Origin: Clostridiaceae bacterium
GTDB lineage: Bacteria > Bacillota > Clostridia > CAYPLH01 > DUMO01
Direction: 5' to 3'
DNA length: 64,000 nt
Assembly: GCA_012839865.1 (NCBI GenBank)
Contig: DUMO01000064.1
Coordinates: 1-64,000, forward strand
The translations under genes and the position numbers were made by a program. A model generated the notes under the pieces. The model ran no database searches. It was given only the letters and a program-made list of their open reading frames with translations, and had not been told where the DNA came from. Positions within the stretch are counted from its first letter, which is position 1; each line of letters begins with the position of its first letter. Shown here piece after piece: positions 1 to 9,907 of this stretch.

Positions 1-58
1 ACTCCACGTGTACCGTAAGTAGAAACATGTCCACATATCAGCTCTTCCTTTTTTTCTG

Positions 59-1215
59 TTAAATCTCCTTATAGTCATTTTTTTCTGCATGCCCCAGTAA
101 ATACAGCAACACAAATGCCGGAATTCTGATAATATTCCTTTCCTTCCCTGAATTATGAACCCCAAAGTCCCCTACATTCTTAGTCACAACAATCGCAACC
201 GATGCATCCCCGCACAGTTCGGAAATTGCATCATCATCATAAATTGGCGCATTCTCCCGATATTTGACTTCGCACCGGGGTGATTCACTACAATGTCAAT
301 TTCTTCCCCTTTTCTGCCGCCACGGAAGTATCCGATGGGCACAGCATACTGACTGTAAAATGCTGTTACATGCTTATATACCACAGTTTCAACAATCCTG
401 CCCATCTCCGTCGGGTTGGTAAGTAGCGAGTCGTCCATTAGTACTGCATTCCGGATAGCAGCATCCGCAATATATATTTTAGGTCTGGCTTTCAACACTT
501 TTTTGCCCGCCAAATCTACAGGCCAGCTTTGATAAATCATGTTGGCACTTTCCAGGTAACGAATGTAGTTTTCAACCGTTGGCCTTGAAACCCCGTCAAG
601 TTCTTTTGCAACAGCCTCTATAGAGACTATCTCAGATGATACATTGCATAAGTACAGGAAAATCCGCTCCAATTCATTGGCATTTCTGAAATTGTACAAC
701 GCAGGAAGGTCACATTTTAATACTATGTCGACCACATCTTCACGCATTATCTGATGTGCCACAATATCGTTTTCAGACAGTGCCAATTCCGGGAATCCCC
801 CTATAAGCAGATAACGATTGAAATAATTCTGTACTTTTAAAAGCTGTACCATGATTCGAGTGCGCTCTTGCTGTGCCATATAAGGCAGCGATGTAATCTT
901 AAGGTCTTTATAAAGCTCTGGCCGATCCAATCCCAGAAGCTCACAGTATTCATAAAACGACATTGTAGGTACCTGGATAACTGTCCAACGCCCCACGCCA
1001 CTCTCCTGATTTCCCCTGATGAGGGCCGGACTTGCTGAACCTGTGGCAACCACTTTCGTATCAGGTTGAGTGTCATAAATTACTTTAAGCTATCTGTCCC
1101 AGTCCTGAGCATACTGAACCTCATCGAAAAAGTAGTAGCAATCTTGCCCGGCATTAATGTTTTCATGATAATATTCCAGGATTTCATTAAAGCCAGCAAG
1201 CTTCATTTTGTTCAT
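59..1215 (-). pseudogene. AAA_14/DUF4143 family ATP-binding protein, disrupted
   Basis: Frame opens at ATG 1215 (MNKMKLAGFNEILEYYHEN...YFFDEVQYAQDWDR). There is an in-frame TAG at 1092-1090, then the track ORF 184..1053 (GGFPE, KIYIAD motifs). A shift near 271 restores EVKYRENAPI...RIPAFVLLYLLGHAEK* ending at 59. No Walker A in the remaining N-terminus. Confidence 0.85.
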
Positions 1216-1231
1216 AATCAATACCCCTGAT

Positions 1232-2005
1232 TCAATAATATCTGTTTCTGACCGGCTCCACCTGAATAGTTACTTTACTTCCTTCACCGATTCTAAGCAA
1301 CATATTACTGATATATTCAATAGTATAGAGTTTTCCTTTTACATCGATACAGACATCTGACCATCCCCATACAACTTTTCCACTAAGGCCTTCACCGGTC
1401 AGTAGGTTTTTTGCATGTTCCTCATCATCTTCCAGCGCATACATAAGTCTTCGATTTACTTCATTGATGTTGAAATACTCAGGATCAAAAATACGTCCCC
1501 GTGTGTCTTTCTCCGCCCAGTATAGCATATCAGCCCTTTCAGGATTCTTTTTATCCATGATAGTATTGAGGAAGTCCTCATACCCGTGTATCCCTCCAAC
1601 ATCTTCAGGAGGTCTCTGTCTTTCGCCATCAAGGCACTTCGGTATTTCATTTTTCTTGGTATCCTTTAAACGTTTTTCAATAATAATTTCATGCTGCCAT
1701 GAGTCACCAAAATCATATTCATACACACATCTGTCACTAGAATCAAAAAGCTCATTGATTACAGTAGTTATTGAATTAAGCTCTGTAATTTCATTACCAT
1801 ATAATTCACCAGGCGCATAAGCATCATCAGGGACAGTAACAACGATCTTATCAAACTCGAACTTATACAAATGGTAATCAAGCCACCCGAATGCTGCCTG
1901 AATAGTTTGATGTAGTTGCTGGAAAGTGATATTTCCAGGAATTCTAAGTCTCCTCCAAATGGCGGGTTTTACACCAATAATAGAAATTTTCAATTGATAT
2001 GCCAT
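1232..2005 (-). CDS. Plasmid pRiA4b ORF-3 family protein
   Basis: YQLKISI..IWRRL..LHQTIQAAFGW..YEYDFGDSWQH..PPEDVGG signature; start set at MAYQ after the AAGGAG/GGGAG RBS. Confidence 0.85.
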   Translation of the reverse strand: MAYQLKISIIGVKPAIWRRLRIPGNITFQQLHQTIQAAFGWLDYHLYKFEFDKIVVTVPDDAYAPGELYGNEITELNSITTVINELFDSSDRCVYEYDFGDSWQHEIIIEKRLKDTKKNEIPKCLDGERQRPPEDVGGIHGYEDFLNTIMDKKNPERADMLYWAEKDTRGRIFDPEYFNINEVNRRLMYALEDDEEHAKNLLTGEGLSGKVVWGWSDVCIDVKGKLYTIEYISNMLLRIGEGSKVTIQVEPVRNRYY

Positions 2006-2204
2006 TCTCCCATCTCCTTTTAACTGTATTCTCAACAAATCAGCAGCCATCATTTCATCAGCTAATTAAGCAGGATTAAACATCCGGCACCAGTCACTGC
2101 CGATATAAGCTGAATCAGGCAAGCAGCGGCGCAGTCCGGCACTTACCGGCGATTAACCAATTCCATTTGCTGCAAGAATTAAGATGAGCTTCTTAAAAAA
2201 TCTC

Positions 2205-2534
2205 TTATGATCCTTTTACTTCCCTGAGTAAAAGTTTCTTTTTAAAAGCCCCCCTCTTCTCCACTTTCGCAACCCTAATCCTCTCAAACTCCTCCAGTGA
2301 TATCCCTCTGGACTCCAGCAAAGCATAAACAACCTCAATTAAATCGGCAAGCTCCTCAATGCTTCCGGCCTCCAAATATTCCTTCAATTCTTCACCAAGC
2401 TTTCTTTCCAGGTACTTTTGGTAGCGTTCATCGTCAAGAACCTCGACAACAGCCTTGCTGCCAGTAGCTTCTATTACCTCAGGAATCTTGTCCCGAATAA
2501 GCTTATCATACTTTATTGAGTTGCTATTATCCAT
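2205..2534 (-). CDS. MazG-like NTP pyrophosphohydrolase (COG4997, 'phosphoribosyl-ATP pyrophosphohydrolase' family)
   Basis: YDKLIRDKIPEVI...KLGEELKEY...EELADLIEV motif; AGGAG RBS. Confidence 0.85.
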   Translation of the reverse strand: MDNSNSIKYDKLIRDKIPEVIEATGSKAVVEVLDDERYQKYLERKLGEELKEYLEAGSIEELADLIEVVYALLESRGISLEEFERIRVAKVEKRGAFKKKLLLREVKGS

Positions 2535-2776
2535 TTAAATTGCTCCTTCTATGCTTAGTAGTAATAAAAAAATATATCGTTTGCATAAGCCAATTGCTTG
2601 TTTTTAAAATCTCTATGTGATTATCTTTAATTATACGCCATCCTAAATTACAATTTGCCAGTACCAACAGCAATTTCTTCACTTAAGCAGGTAGTTACTG
2701 CCTTAAAGACCCTTTTCAAAGAGTCTCACCTGGACGGCTGGTCACCTTCATATATCATTATCTTCAGTTATGGCAG

Positions 2777-5356
2777 CTAATCACTGTCAATAAGTCTTTT
2801 TTCCAGCCGCTCTTTATAAAACCTTCTTGTCCTATAATCAATAATATCCTTGTAGTGTTCGATAAATGCTGAGTTATTAATAAACTCCTTTATAGCAGGT
2901 GTAAGGCAAAACTGCTTATTTTCCTCGTAAAAAAAGTCCGGAGAAGATTGCATAAGAAATTTTATAGGATTCTTTCTTGCTAAGTCTACATATTCTTTCT
3001 TTCCCCACTCTCTATAGTTTGAGGTATTGCTATCCTTTACAAGGTCAATGGCATTAGACCCATGGGAGTAATATTCTTTAAAATTCTCATATATGTCATC
3101 TTCATCTATAACGAGCTTCATCTTTCCATAGTTATAAAAAGCTAAAAGAATCGGCATCTTGTACATTTTTGTCATGCGTGTGTTCTCTATTTCCTTTAGA
3201 AACTCATGCGCAACTGTCCCGATTAATGTTCTCTCATCCTCTGATAGTTCACCAATTTTCTCAAGAAAAGAAAGATAGTCTCCAAATATATTTTGCTCCT
3301 TTTTTGTACGGATTGCTGCATATACACTTTCTTCCAGATAAGTATACATTGAAGTCCTCAATGGTCTGTCTCCAAGATTCTCCTTAATCCTGAAGTATTC
3401 ATCTTTTACTCTATCAAATAGTTTTTTTTGCTCATCTGACATCCGCTTAAAAAGATCTATTAATCTAAAATCAAAGTTAACGAAGCAGCCTTCCGGATAC
3501 TCTTCTTCATCCGGTATACAAACTGTTCCAGCTTTCTTTCCCAAATCCTTAATATCTCCCATTAGTAAAAAAGGAATAAGGTTAGCTTTCTTGTAATTAC
3601 CGATAAAGTCCAATACATTAACATATTTTTTCTTACCTGTTTTACGCAGTCCCCTGCCCAGTTGCTGAAGAAAGACTGTTGGTGACTCAGTCGGCCTTAA
3701 AAACAGAACCATATCTACTTCCGGAATATCAAGCCCCTCATTAAACATATCAACTGAAAAAACCACTTTAACTTCAGCATTTTTCAGCTTATTTACAGCT
3801 TCCTTTCGATCCATCACACAAGATGGCTTGCCTTCATCTTCTGAATTACTACTGTTTTCAGGTATGTTCCCACTTATCACTGCACAGGCTTTAATACCAT
3901 GCTTAATAAAATATTCTGCCATAAAAACTGCATGGCTTCTGCTTGAGCAAAACCCCAAAGCCTTCCGGCTGGTATACTTAAGATAGTTCTGCAGTATTAG
4001 GCCTGCTCTTTTGTTTATATTCAAAATCTGCTCAAGTTGCTTTTCATCATACCTGCCATTTCTATAATCAATTCTGCTATAATCTGTCTCATCAAAAACG
4101 CCATAGTACCTGAATGGTACAAGCCATCCCTTATTGATTGCTTCTTTGAGCCTCACTTCATACACAAGGTTATAATCACATAAAGCAAAAACATCTTGAC
4201 TATCGAGTCTTTCAGGCGTCGCAGTCAGACCAAGAAGGAATTTTGGTTTAAAATACTCTATAATATTGATGTAGCTTTCTGCTACAGCATGGTGAAATTC
4301 ATCAATAACAATATAATCAAACTGATTTCTGGAAAAGAACTTTTCATTCAAGTATTCTTTACGTCCCAGGGTTTGTACTGTGGCAAATAATATGTCACAA
4401 TTTTTATCTTTTCGCTCTCCACTAAAATAACCAGTTGTCGTTTCCGGTCTTACGCACTTAAAAGTTCTTTCCGCTTGAATTAGTATTTCCTCTCTATGAG
4501 CTATAAAAAGAACTTTCTTAAATTCTTTCGAATCAAAAGCTGCCAGAAAAGTTTTACCTAATCCGGTAGCAGCTACAACTATACCCTTTTCCCATCCATC
4601 AAGCCTGGATTTTTTGAGTTCATATAAAGCTTCTATCTGAGGTCCTATAGGGCGTGGATACTCTATAATCTTACTTACTTCAAGCTCTTTTGAATCAATA
4701 AAATACTTTGGAATGGGCTCGGCAGCAACTTCTCCTTGATTGGATCCGGTAACCACAACCGCACCATTTTCAAGTCTTTCCATATCCTCAAAAAACTTTG
4801 GCCTCTTCCATCGTTTTGAATATTTTCGCATTTCATTATCATTAACTATAATAGAATGGTTAAGAAATAACTCCTCGAATGTTTGCTTAAAATAAAAATA
4901 GTCCTCCGGACTTGTTTTCGAGCAGATTCTGTAGTTCCACTCAATACCATCTGTCAGGGCTGAACGGGAAACATTTGAAGAACCTATAAAAATTTCGCCG
5001 CTGTTCTCATGTTTGAAGATATATGCTTTCGGATGAAATGATTTATCAGGAACATTATAAAACCTTAAATCAACATTATCTCCTAAAGAATCCTTAAGGA
5101 GATAGAGAGCCTGGGGTTGGGTTATGTTGAGGTAGTTCCCGCACAGAATCCGCAAAACCGCACCCCTGTCAACAGCCTCCTTAAAGTCTTCTACCAGAAG
5201 TCTAACGCCGGATTCCATCAAAAATGCGACTATTATATCTATTGTCTCCGCTTTGGAAATTGATTCTTTAAGGCGATTATAAAGGTGGTCCTTATCGCCG
5301 GTAACACAATTGGTATTATAGCTAGTATTACTATATAAAGATGAATACTCCACCAT
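2777..5356 (-). CDS. PLD (HKD)-nuclease / SF2 helicase fusion, SauUSI/COG3886-COG1061-like
   Basis: N-terminal FHPKAY, GSSNVS and GIEWN; helicase motifs ATGLGKT, DEFHH, TATPER, QQLGRGLR; extra C-terminal domain. Confidence 0.9.
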   Translation of the reverse strand: MVEYSSLYSNTSYNTNCVTGDKDHLYNRLKESISKAETIDIIVAFLMESGVRLLVEDFKEAVDRGAVLRILCGNYLNITQPQALYLLKDSLGDNVDLRFYNVPDKSFHPKAYIFKHENSGEIFIGSSNVSRSALTDGIEWNYRICSKTSPEDYFYFKQTFEELFLNHSIIVNDNEMRKYSKRWKRPKFFEDMERLENGAVVVTGSNQGEVAAEPIPKYFIDSKELEVSKIIEYPRPIGPQIEALYELKKSRLDGWEKGIVVAATGLGKTFLAAFDSKEFKKVLFIAHREEILIQAERTFKCVRPETTTGYFSGERKDKNCDILFATVQTLGRKEYLNEKFFSRNQFDYIVIDEFHHAVAESYINIIEYFKPKFLLGLTATPERLDSQDVFALCDYNLVYEVRLKEAINKGWLVPFRYYGVFDETDYSRIDYRNGRYDEKQLEQILNINKRAGLILQNYLKYTSRKALGFCSSRSHAVFMAEYFIKHGIKACAVISGNIPENSSNSEDEGKPSCVMDRKEAVNKLKNAEVKVVFSVDMFNEGLDIPEVDMVLFLRPTESPTVFLQQLGRGLRKTGKKKYVNVLDFIGNYKKANLIPFLLMGDIKDLGKKAGTVCIPDEEEYPEGCFVNFDFRLIDLFKRMSDEQKKLFDRVKDEYFRIKENLGDRPLRTSMYTYLEESVYAAIRTKKEQNIFGDYLSFLEKIGELSEDERTLIGTVAHEFLKEIENTRMTKMYKMPILLAFYNYGKMKLVIDEDDIYENFKEYYSHGSNAIDLVKDSNTSNYREWGKKEYVDLARKNPIKFLMQSSPDFFYEENKQFCLTPAIKEFINNSAFIEHYKDIIDYRTRRFYKERLEKRLIDSD

Positions 5357-5381
5357 TTAAATAATCCCCTCTTGGCTTAAT

Positions 5382-5759
5382 TTATCCATCGTATTCCACA
5401 AGTGGTTTTTTAAGCTTTCTGATACCGCCTCTGGGATTGTCAACATCCCCGTAATACCTTGGGATAAGATGAATATGAAGATGAAAAATGGTCTGTCCTG
5501 CAGCTTCGCCAACATTAATCCCTATATTATACCCATCTGGTCTTAACTCACCATCAAGCCTTTTTTTCACTTCATTTATCAATTCGTTAAATGCTATAAT
5601 TTCATCCTGTGATGCGTCAAAGAAGCTCGCAAAATGTCTTTTAGGTATTATAAGCACATGTCCTTTATTCACTGGATAATGATCATATATGGCAAAAGCA
5701 AGCTCGTTTTCTGCTATATAATTTTTACTGTTCAGAAACTCACAAAATATACAAAGCAT
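5382..5759 (-). CDS. HIT family nucleotide hydrolase
   Basis: MLCIFC start; HLHIHLIPR histidine triad; GQTIFH. Confidence 0.93.
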   Translation of the reverse strand: MLCIFCEFLNSKNYIAENELAFAIYDHYPVNKGHVLIIPKRHFASFFDASQDEIIAFNELINEVKKRLDGELRPDGYNIGINVGEAAGQTIFHLHIHLIPRYYGDVDNPRGGIRKLKKPLVEYDG

Positions 5760-6185
5760 AAAAATCTCCACGTCTTCCGTTATTGGTCTTCCGTTCTATT
5801 TGTTCTTACGGTCTGATACCTGTGCTTTACTGCTGTCCATGTCCCTCATGAAGTTTTTCCTATAATTTCTTTTAGCGCATATTTATGTAAAATCTGTAGT
5901 TAAGTATTTAATAAGGTTTTCAAATTAATATATTCTTTGTTGCTTATAAAATTCCTTCATGGAGTATGGGTGCTGACTGATAAAACAAATATTGTTTAAA
6001 TTCAAATAATATTAGAACATATTCTGCATTTATTATTTCAATAAGCCATGTGTCAACTACATTGCTTAAACCTACTATACCTCATATCAAGTCTTTCCTG
6101 TAAGGCCATAGTTTACGGTTAGACGGCAGTATAGCATCCAACCTTATTTCACTCTCCAAGCCTTTACCTGCCTTTCAAAATTTTT

Positions 6186-6830
6186 TTACACAACCATATT
6201 CTCCCTGATGAAGTCAGAGCATTTATCCGTGATATATTCCAATATCCTTATGCTCTGTTTATAATCATCTTCTATCTCCAAAGAATGCACTGCATTTTCA
6301 ACCTGAATCAAAACAACATTACTATATTTCGCCAATTCATTTCTGCTTTCCTCTGACAGCAACTTATCTTTTGTCCCAGTGAAAACAATACATTCATTTT
6401 TTACGATTTCAATTACATGTTCATCTATAGGTGTATAACAAATATGTTTAATTATTTTTTTGTCAAACTTGTCTGTAATCCTCAAAGAAAAAAAGTGTCC
6501 CATACTTTTGCTAATAAAAAAAATTCTTTCATATTCCTTTTTCATACATCGATTAATTACCTCAAGACATTCATCTTTAACTGTGTCAATTATTTCAGTA
6601 CGGGACATGGTGCTAACATTAGCCCTATATCCATATTCCAGACTCAAGAAGTCGCAACCGGCCAACAAAGCCGCTTTCCTTGCATAGTACAAAGTTGGTA
6701 CATCTGTGGAATTTTTTCTTCCGGGAAAGAGTATCGCCAAATTCCTGCTCCCTTCACTATGCGACAGAAACATGTTATTAGCTTCTCTTCCAAAACGCGA
6801 ATTTATGGTAATAATACTTCTATTTATCAA
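6186..6830 (-). CDS. Alpha/beta hydrolase
   Basis: SKSMG nucleophile elbow, FTGTKD, AVHSL; TTG start after GGAGGGG. Confidence 0.75.
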   Translation of the reverse strand: MINRSIITINSRFGREANNMFLSHSEGSRNLAILFPGRKNSTDVPTLYYARKAALLAGCDFLSLEYGYRANVSTMSRTEIIDTVKDECLEVINRCMKKEYERIFFISKSMGHFFSLRITDKFDKKIIKHICYTPIDEHVIEIVKNECIVFTGTKDKLLSEESRNELAKYSNVVLIQVENAVHSLEIEDDYKQSIRILEYITDKCSDFIRENMVV

Positions 6831-7047
6831 TTACTGGCCCCTCCCTTATATATTTTCGAATAGCAACCTTGCCTGGTTTTGTTACTACCATACAGTGCAA
6901 TATATGCGTTTAAGTAATATTCATATATTCCCAGCATCTTTCTTTGCTGAAAAACCAATCCACTGATTTGCAGCAAATCATCTCCCTATAAACCACCTGC
7001 CCATGTTTGCATCCAAAGCCGGTGCCACATGGGCAGACCTCAATTCC

Positions 7048-7188
7048 TTATCTGATCCACTCTGCTACCCAGTCAAAAAACTCCAGACTCAGCATTCCCA
7101 TTTCATTTAACAGCGGGATACATAACAACCCACAAATATACCAAAACATAAATGTTCGGTAATCCCTGTCGAAAAACCATTTCAGCAT
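7048..7188 (-). CDS. Small hydrophobic protein, 46 aa (not in ORF track)
   Basis: My translation is MLKWFFDRDYRTFMFWYICGLLCIPLLNEMGMLSLEFFDWVAEWIR*; it starts 12 nt after the stop of the upstream ORF. Confidence 0.4.
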   Translation of the reverse strand: MLKWFFDRDYRTFMFWYICGLLCIPLLNEMGMLSLEFFDWVAEWIR

Positions 7189-7200
7189 AATACCACCGTC

Positions 7201-7533
7201 CTATACCACAGTGATATTAATTGTCACGTTTTGCTTGTCACTGGATATGAAATTCGCCAGGGCTGAACCGTCAGACAGGCCATGGGCATAATAAAAGGTT
7301 GCCTGCAGGCACATAAGACGGTTCATTGCATCGCTGAACTCATTAAGCTGCACCCTTCCGCTTTCCGGAAGCTGTTCTATCAGCTTGTCAAACAAATCAT
7401 AAGTAAGCGTATGAAGCCTTGTCACCTCTTCTTTCCTGTCAAATTCCCTTTCCAGACATTCAATCCTTTTTACTTCGCAATCAACTGAAAACCTCTTTTT
7501 GTTTTTCTTCATGAAAACTATATTTTTATTCAT
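7201..7533 (-). CDS. Hypothetical helical protein
   Basis: ORF with purine-rich RBS GGGAAAGGAAAGG upstream of ATG 7533; YYAHGLSDG motif. Confidence 0.55.
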   Translation of the reverse strand: MNKNIVFMKKNKKRFSVDCEVKRIECLEREFDRKEEVTRLHTLTYDLFDKLIEQLPESGRVQLNEFSDAMNRLMCLQATFYYAHGLSDGSALANFISSDKQNVTINITVV

Positions 7534-7680
7534 GAGCCGCACCTTTCCTTTCCCTTTTGTATATTGTAGAGGAAAATCTTACCCTGCACCTGCTATGAAA
7601 GGAATACTTTTCACTTGTGCTGTGTGAATCCCCTTCCACCTGCATCTGCTGTGGAAATTCCTATTCCTCTATGTTTGCTA

Positions 7681-7906
7681 GGGAAAGGAAAATTAAACAA
7701 GGACGCTTCATGCCGGGTTAATAACCGTACAATCTGCGCCCTTTTATGCTGCTCTTGAAGTAATGCTCAAAATGAAATATAATAGCATACAAGGCGTAAG
7801 TGGCAGCGTAATGCTGCACTTGTACGGGTCTTGCACACCCTACATGAGCGCTCAGGTGGGCCAACACCTGAGCGTCACTGCGCCTTTTACGTTTAATTTT
7901 CCTTTC
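7681..7906 (-). ncRNA. Unassigned structured RNA or long leader
   Basis: Begins about 6 nt downstream of a TATAAT box. Perfect 16-bp 5'/3' pairing (7891-7906 with 7683-7698) and internal hairpins at 7803-7817 and 7849-7874. Confidence 0.55.
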
Positions 7907-7912
7907 ATGGAT

Positions 7913-7941
7913 ATTATATAGTAAAACATGGAATAATTCAA
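7913..7941 (-). promoter_or_regulatory. Sigma-A promoter TTGAAT-N17-TATAAT
   Basis: -35 at 7941-7936, -10 at 7918-7913. Confidence 0.7.
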
Positions 7942-8263
7942 CGATTATTGTAAAATTTTTAAAAACTCGTTCTTTGACAAGAGCCAAGAAAAAGGTATAC
8001 TTATTAATAGAGACTCCCTATAAATCGACATTCATAAAAGAAATGGAAGCGGATTACAGGCTGAACAAAGAGGCCACAGGCAAAATAATTAAGTGTCCGG
8101 CATGAAAAACAGATATACTTGATAAACAATGTGGTAGATTAGGGACTTCCTGTAAATGTAAAAATCATCCATATTGTACTTGCACAAAGAAAGTGAATAA
8201 GATTGGCATACGAAGTGATTGTTTACTTTGCTTCAGAATATAATGAACCCAGGGGGTGTTGAT

Positions 8264-9643
8264 ATGTCCAGCAGGATGCCTTTGAGGGAAAAGATGGCAT
8301 ATGGCGCAGGAGATATAGGCTTTAGCGCCGCAAGCACAATTATCAGCGTGTTTCTCCTTTTTTACCTTTCCGATGTTGTCAAAATAAATCCCGGATGGGT
8401 CGGAATTGCCCTGTTAGTCGCAAAGCTATGGGATGCCATTATTGACCCGTTTATCGGCAACATTTCAGACAAAACAGATACAAAATGGGGCAGGAGAAGG
8501 CCCTTTTTATTATACTTTGCAATACCTTTCGGCATAAGTTTCTCCCTTATCTGGACAGTTCCCCTTTTCGTTGAAACTTCAATGCTTGCCACCCTGCTTA
8601 TTATAATAATCATTTATATACTTCACATTACTTTTTACAGTGTAATGGCGGTGCCATATTCTTCCCTGTCTGCCGAGCTTACAGATGATTATGATGAACG
8701 CACCAGCCTTGCAGCCTGGAGAATGATCTTTTCCATCGTGGCAGGTCTTGTGGCGGCAGTTGCACCAAAAATGATCGTAGACCTTTTCCCTGATCAAATA
8801 AAAGGCTATGCCGTCATGGGAGCGGTATTCGGGCTTGTGATACTATTTTCTCCCCTGTTCGTGTTTTTTGGGTGCAGGGAAAATAATACGGTCAAGGGAG
8901 AAAGCACTTCCTCCCTTATTAAAAGCATGAAATTAACATTCAAAAACAAGCCTTTTATTCTGGTACTTATCATGTTTTTGCTCACCTGGCTGGCTATAGA
9001 AATAGTTAGCATGGTGCTGATGTTCTACATGAAGTATGTGCTGGACATGGAAGCCTACTCGGAAATAATATTAGGCATAATTTTCATTGTTGCTGCAGTA
9101 TTTTTACCTTTCTGGGTATGGTTTGCAAAACAGGCAGGCAAAAAGGCAGCGTATTTTGCCGGAATGATAGTTTTTATATTGCCCCTGCTGATAATATCAT
9201 TCCTCTCACATGGAACACCCACAGTCATTTACATCTTGTCAGCAGTTGCAGGCGTCGGTCTTTCCGCCGCTCACGTCATACCTTACTCCATCATCCCTGA
9301 CTGCATAGAATATGATGAGATGAAAACCGGTGAAAAAAGAGCGGGTGCATATTTCGGCATGGAGTCTTTCTTAAGGCAGCTATCAACCTCCCTTGGGGTT
9401 TTCATTACCGGGCTGGTGCTGGAATGGTCAGGCTATGTGGCTGACATGGTTCAACCCCGGTCGGCTATTATTGCGCTGAGAGCTCTTCTTGGCATTGTAC
9501 CGGGATTGATGATTGCTGCTGCAATTGTGGCAATGTGCTTCTACAGAATAGGCAAAAGGCAACATGAAGTAATAAAAAAAGCAGTAGCCAGAGGGAAGCG
9601 ATATAGAAGCAGCGATGCCGGGACAACTGCAACAAGCCGGTAA
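8264..9643 (+). CDS. MFS glycoside-pentoside-hexuronide (MelB/GPH) sugar:cation symporter
   Basis: KMAYGAGDIG, WDAIIDPFIGNISDKTDTKWGRRRPF, ELTDDYDERTSL motifs; start after AGGGGG RBS. Confidence 0.92.
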   Translation: MSSRMPLREKMAYGAGDIGFSAASTIISVFLLFYLSDVVKINPGWVGIALLVAKLWDAIIDPFIGNISDKTDTKWGRRRPFLLYFAIPFGISFSLIWTVPLFVETSMLATLLIIIIIYILHITFYSVMAVPYSSLSAELTDDYDERTSLAAWRMIFSIVAGLVAAVAPKMIVDLFPDQIKGYAVMGAVFGLVILFSPLFVFFGCRENNTVKGESTSSLIKSMKLTFKNKPFILVLIMFLLTWLAIEIVSMVLMFYMKYVLDMEAYSEIILGIIFIVAAVFLPFWVWFAKQAGKKAAYFAGMIVFILPLLIISFLSHGTPTVIYILSAVAGVGLSAAHVIPYSIIPDCIEYDEMKTGEKRAGAYFGMESFLRQLSTSLGVFITGLVLEWSGYVADMVQPRSAIIALRALLGIVPGLMIAAAIVAMCFYRIGKRQHEVIKKAVARGKRYRSSDAGTTATSR

Positions 9644-9753
9644 AGGCGAGTCGCATGATCACAGTTCTGCATGTGCCATTCTCAACAACCGAGCTCCACC
9701 GCAATTGGCTATTATTGTGCAAAGCAACTACCTTCCACAATACTTTTATTAGC

Positions 9754-9834
9754 TTATTTTGAAACACTCAATTTCTGTATTAGTGCCTCTTGTAGTACTT
9801 TTGAAAAGTTTATACCCGCTTTCTCAGCCTCAAC
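9754..9834 (-). pseudogene. HicB-family antitoxin C-terminal remnant
   Basis: Translates to VEAEKAGINFSKVLQEALIQKLSVSK*, the typical end of clostridial HicB proteins. Confidence 0.65.
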
Positions 9835-9907
9835 ACTTAAGGGGATTTTTAATAACCTCCTATATTAAGAAATTTTCTTGAATTTAAAATTTTGAGGCTC
9901 CGGGAAA

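Noticed and set aside
7681..7906. 6S RNA
   Set aside because: The closing stem leads into several short hairpins rather than a long rod with a central bubble; not excluded without a covariance-model search
7718..7987. 89-aa ORF from the track
   Set aside because: It spans a promoter and structured RNA, has no RBS and no recognisable protein features
8043..8057. cre (CcpA) site TGGAAGCGGATTACA before the MFS gene
   Set aside because: One base longer than the 14-bp consensus; too weak to call
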